Source: Macrostomum lignano
Taxonomy: Eukaryota
NCBI GenBank assembly: GCA_002269645.1
Contig: NIVC01001361.1
Location: forward strand, 242,385 to 306,384
Reading direction: 5' to 3'
Length of the DNA: 64,000 nt
Within the stretch, counting starts at the first letter, position 1; each line of letters begins with the position of its first letter. Of this stretch, positions 62,944-64,000 are shown one piece after another. Below the pieces are notes generated by a model, which searched no databases, was not told where the DNA came from, and saw only the letters and a list, made by a program, of their open reading frames with translations. A program made the translations under genes and the position numbers.

Positions 62944-64000
62944 ATGCCACGGAGCACGAGCTGGCGGACGCTGCGGCCACCGCCACTTCGGCATGCCGAC
63001 GGCAAAGTCTCGACGGCGAAGGCGACGACGGCGATATGAACGACGCCTCTGCTGACGATTCTGCCGACTCTCAGAGTAGATCTCAGTGAAGCCGAGTGAC
63101 TCAGAGAACGTGATCCTGATGAAGCAATTAAGCTTCTTTACATTGTATTAAAAACTAAATTTCCTCACAATTTGTCGCACATAATTACTTGCATCAGAAC
63201 TACTTCAAGTAGTTGACTAAATATACTCGAACATAATGAATTGCCTGCTGACCACGAAATTCCAAGATAATTTTTTATTCGAAGTTGTAGAAAACTCGGC
63301 GAAGTATCTTTTATCGAGTTTCAGGCGTTCCTGTAACGAAGCGGACTGTTAATAAATGTCAAATTCTAAAAAACCTGACTCAGTGTCAGGTTCAAACTCT
63401 CAGTGTATAAATAAAAAGCGAAGAAAAACGGTAACTTATGTACTGTTTCGATACATATCGGCTACGCATTTATGCATGATTCAGCTGGCCTAAAAGTCAA
63501 TTCGACTCAAGAGATGACAACTTGTTTACAATAGTAATAATTTTCGATTAATTTTGTTCGATCAATTAATTCTACGAAGCTAAAATAAAAGAATGATCAT
63601 ATACGAACATTCGAACTTCGAATAGCCAAGACTCCGCTGACAAAAGGATAGGGTTGCATAAGCGGATAATGCTAGCTCAGAGCGACAGAGAGCGGAAAGT
63701 CACGATTTAACCTCGGCGCGAAGGTCGCAGTCATGGATCCCTCAGTTCTGTGGAATTTGGCGAAGTAGCCGCTTTACTTAGCCTACCCCAGACAGAGGCC
63801 GGCGTCACTGCCCTTTTATACCATTGTGCTCAGCACTTGTGCAATATTATTTGTTGACAAAAAATTATTACAAGTAGCCTCATCAGACTACTCATATCAA
63901 CTAAGTAGAAATGTTAAAGTTTTTCCTGTATTTTTGCAGGGAAACTAAAAAAGACAAAACAGTACGTTACATATTATGTTAACTGTCTCAACAGAACACA

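Overview
This is eukaryotic (animal) genomic DNA, gene-sparse and dense in minisatellites. A five-repeat calponin and the repeat landscape suggest a flatworm such as Macrostomum (inference, not provable here). Six protein-coding genes could be assembled by hand with consistent GT-AG splice phases: (1) a 6-exon mitochondrial NIPSNAP, 975-7167 (+); (2) a 2-exon secreted leucine-rich-repeat protein with a Ser/Gly/Thr stalk and probable GPI signal, 33150-36657 (+); (3) a 7-exon calponin with CH domain and 5 calponin repeats, 47308-43849 (-); (4) a 2-exon 123-aa orphan single-pass membrane protein, 50133-49576 (-); (5) a 5-exon, 2518-aa divergent DysF-containing ferlin, 51152-60619 (+); (6) a 2-exon BHLHE22/23 (Olig/Beta3) bHLH factor, 61794-62943 (+). 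More than 20 tandem arrays and several MITEs (P-like with 8-bp TSD, Tc1/mariner-like with TA TSD, hAT-like) fill introns and intergenic space; most long ORFs in the supplied track are artefacts of these arrays. Most notable observations: eight arrays (mostly unrelated apart from this core) share the exact hexamer TCACTC; third-position GC rises in exon stretches next to intronic arrays; all four ferlin introns are phase 0 in AG|GT contexts, and several of its C2 domains have lost Ca2+ ligands; both calponin and the bHLH gene have a protein-like acidic tail one frame away from their stop. The 8-33 kb interval has exon-like islands that I could not assign.
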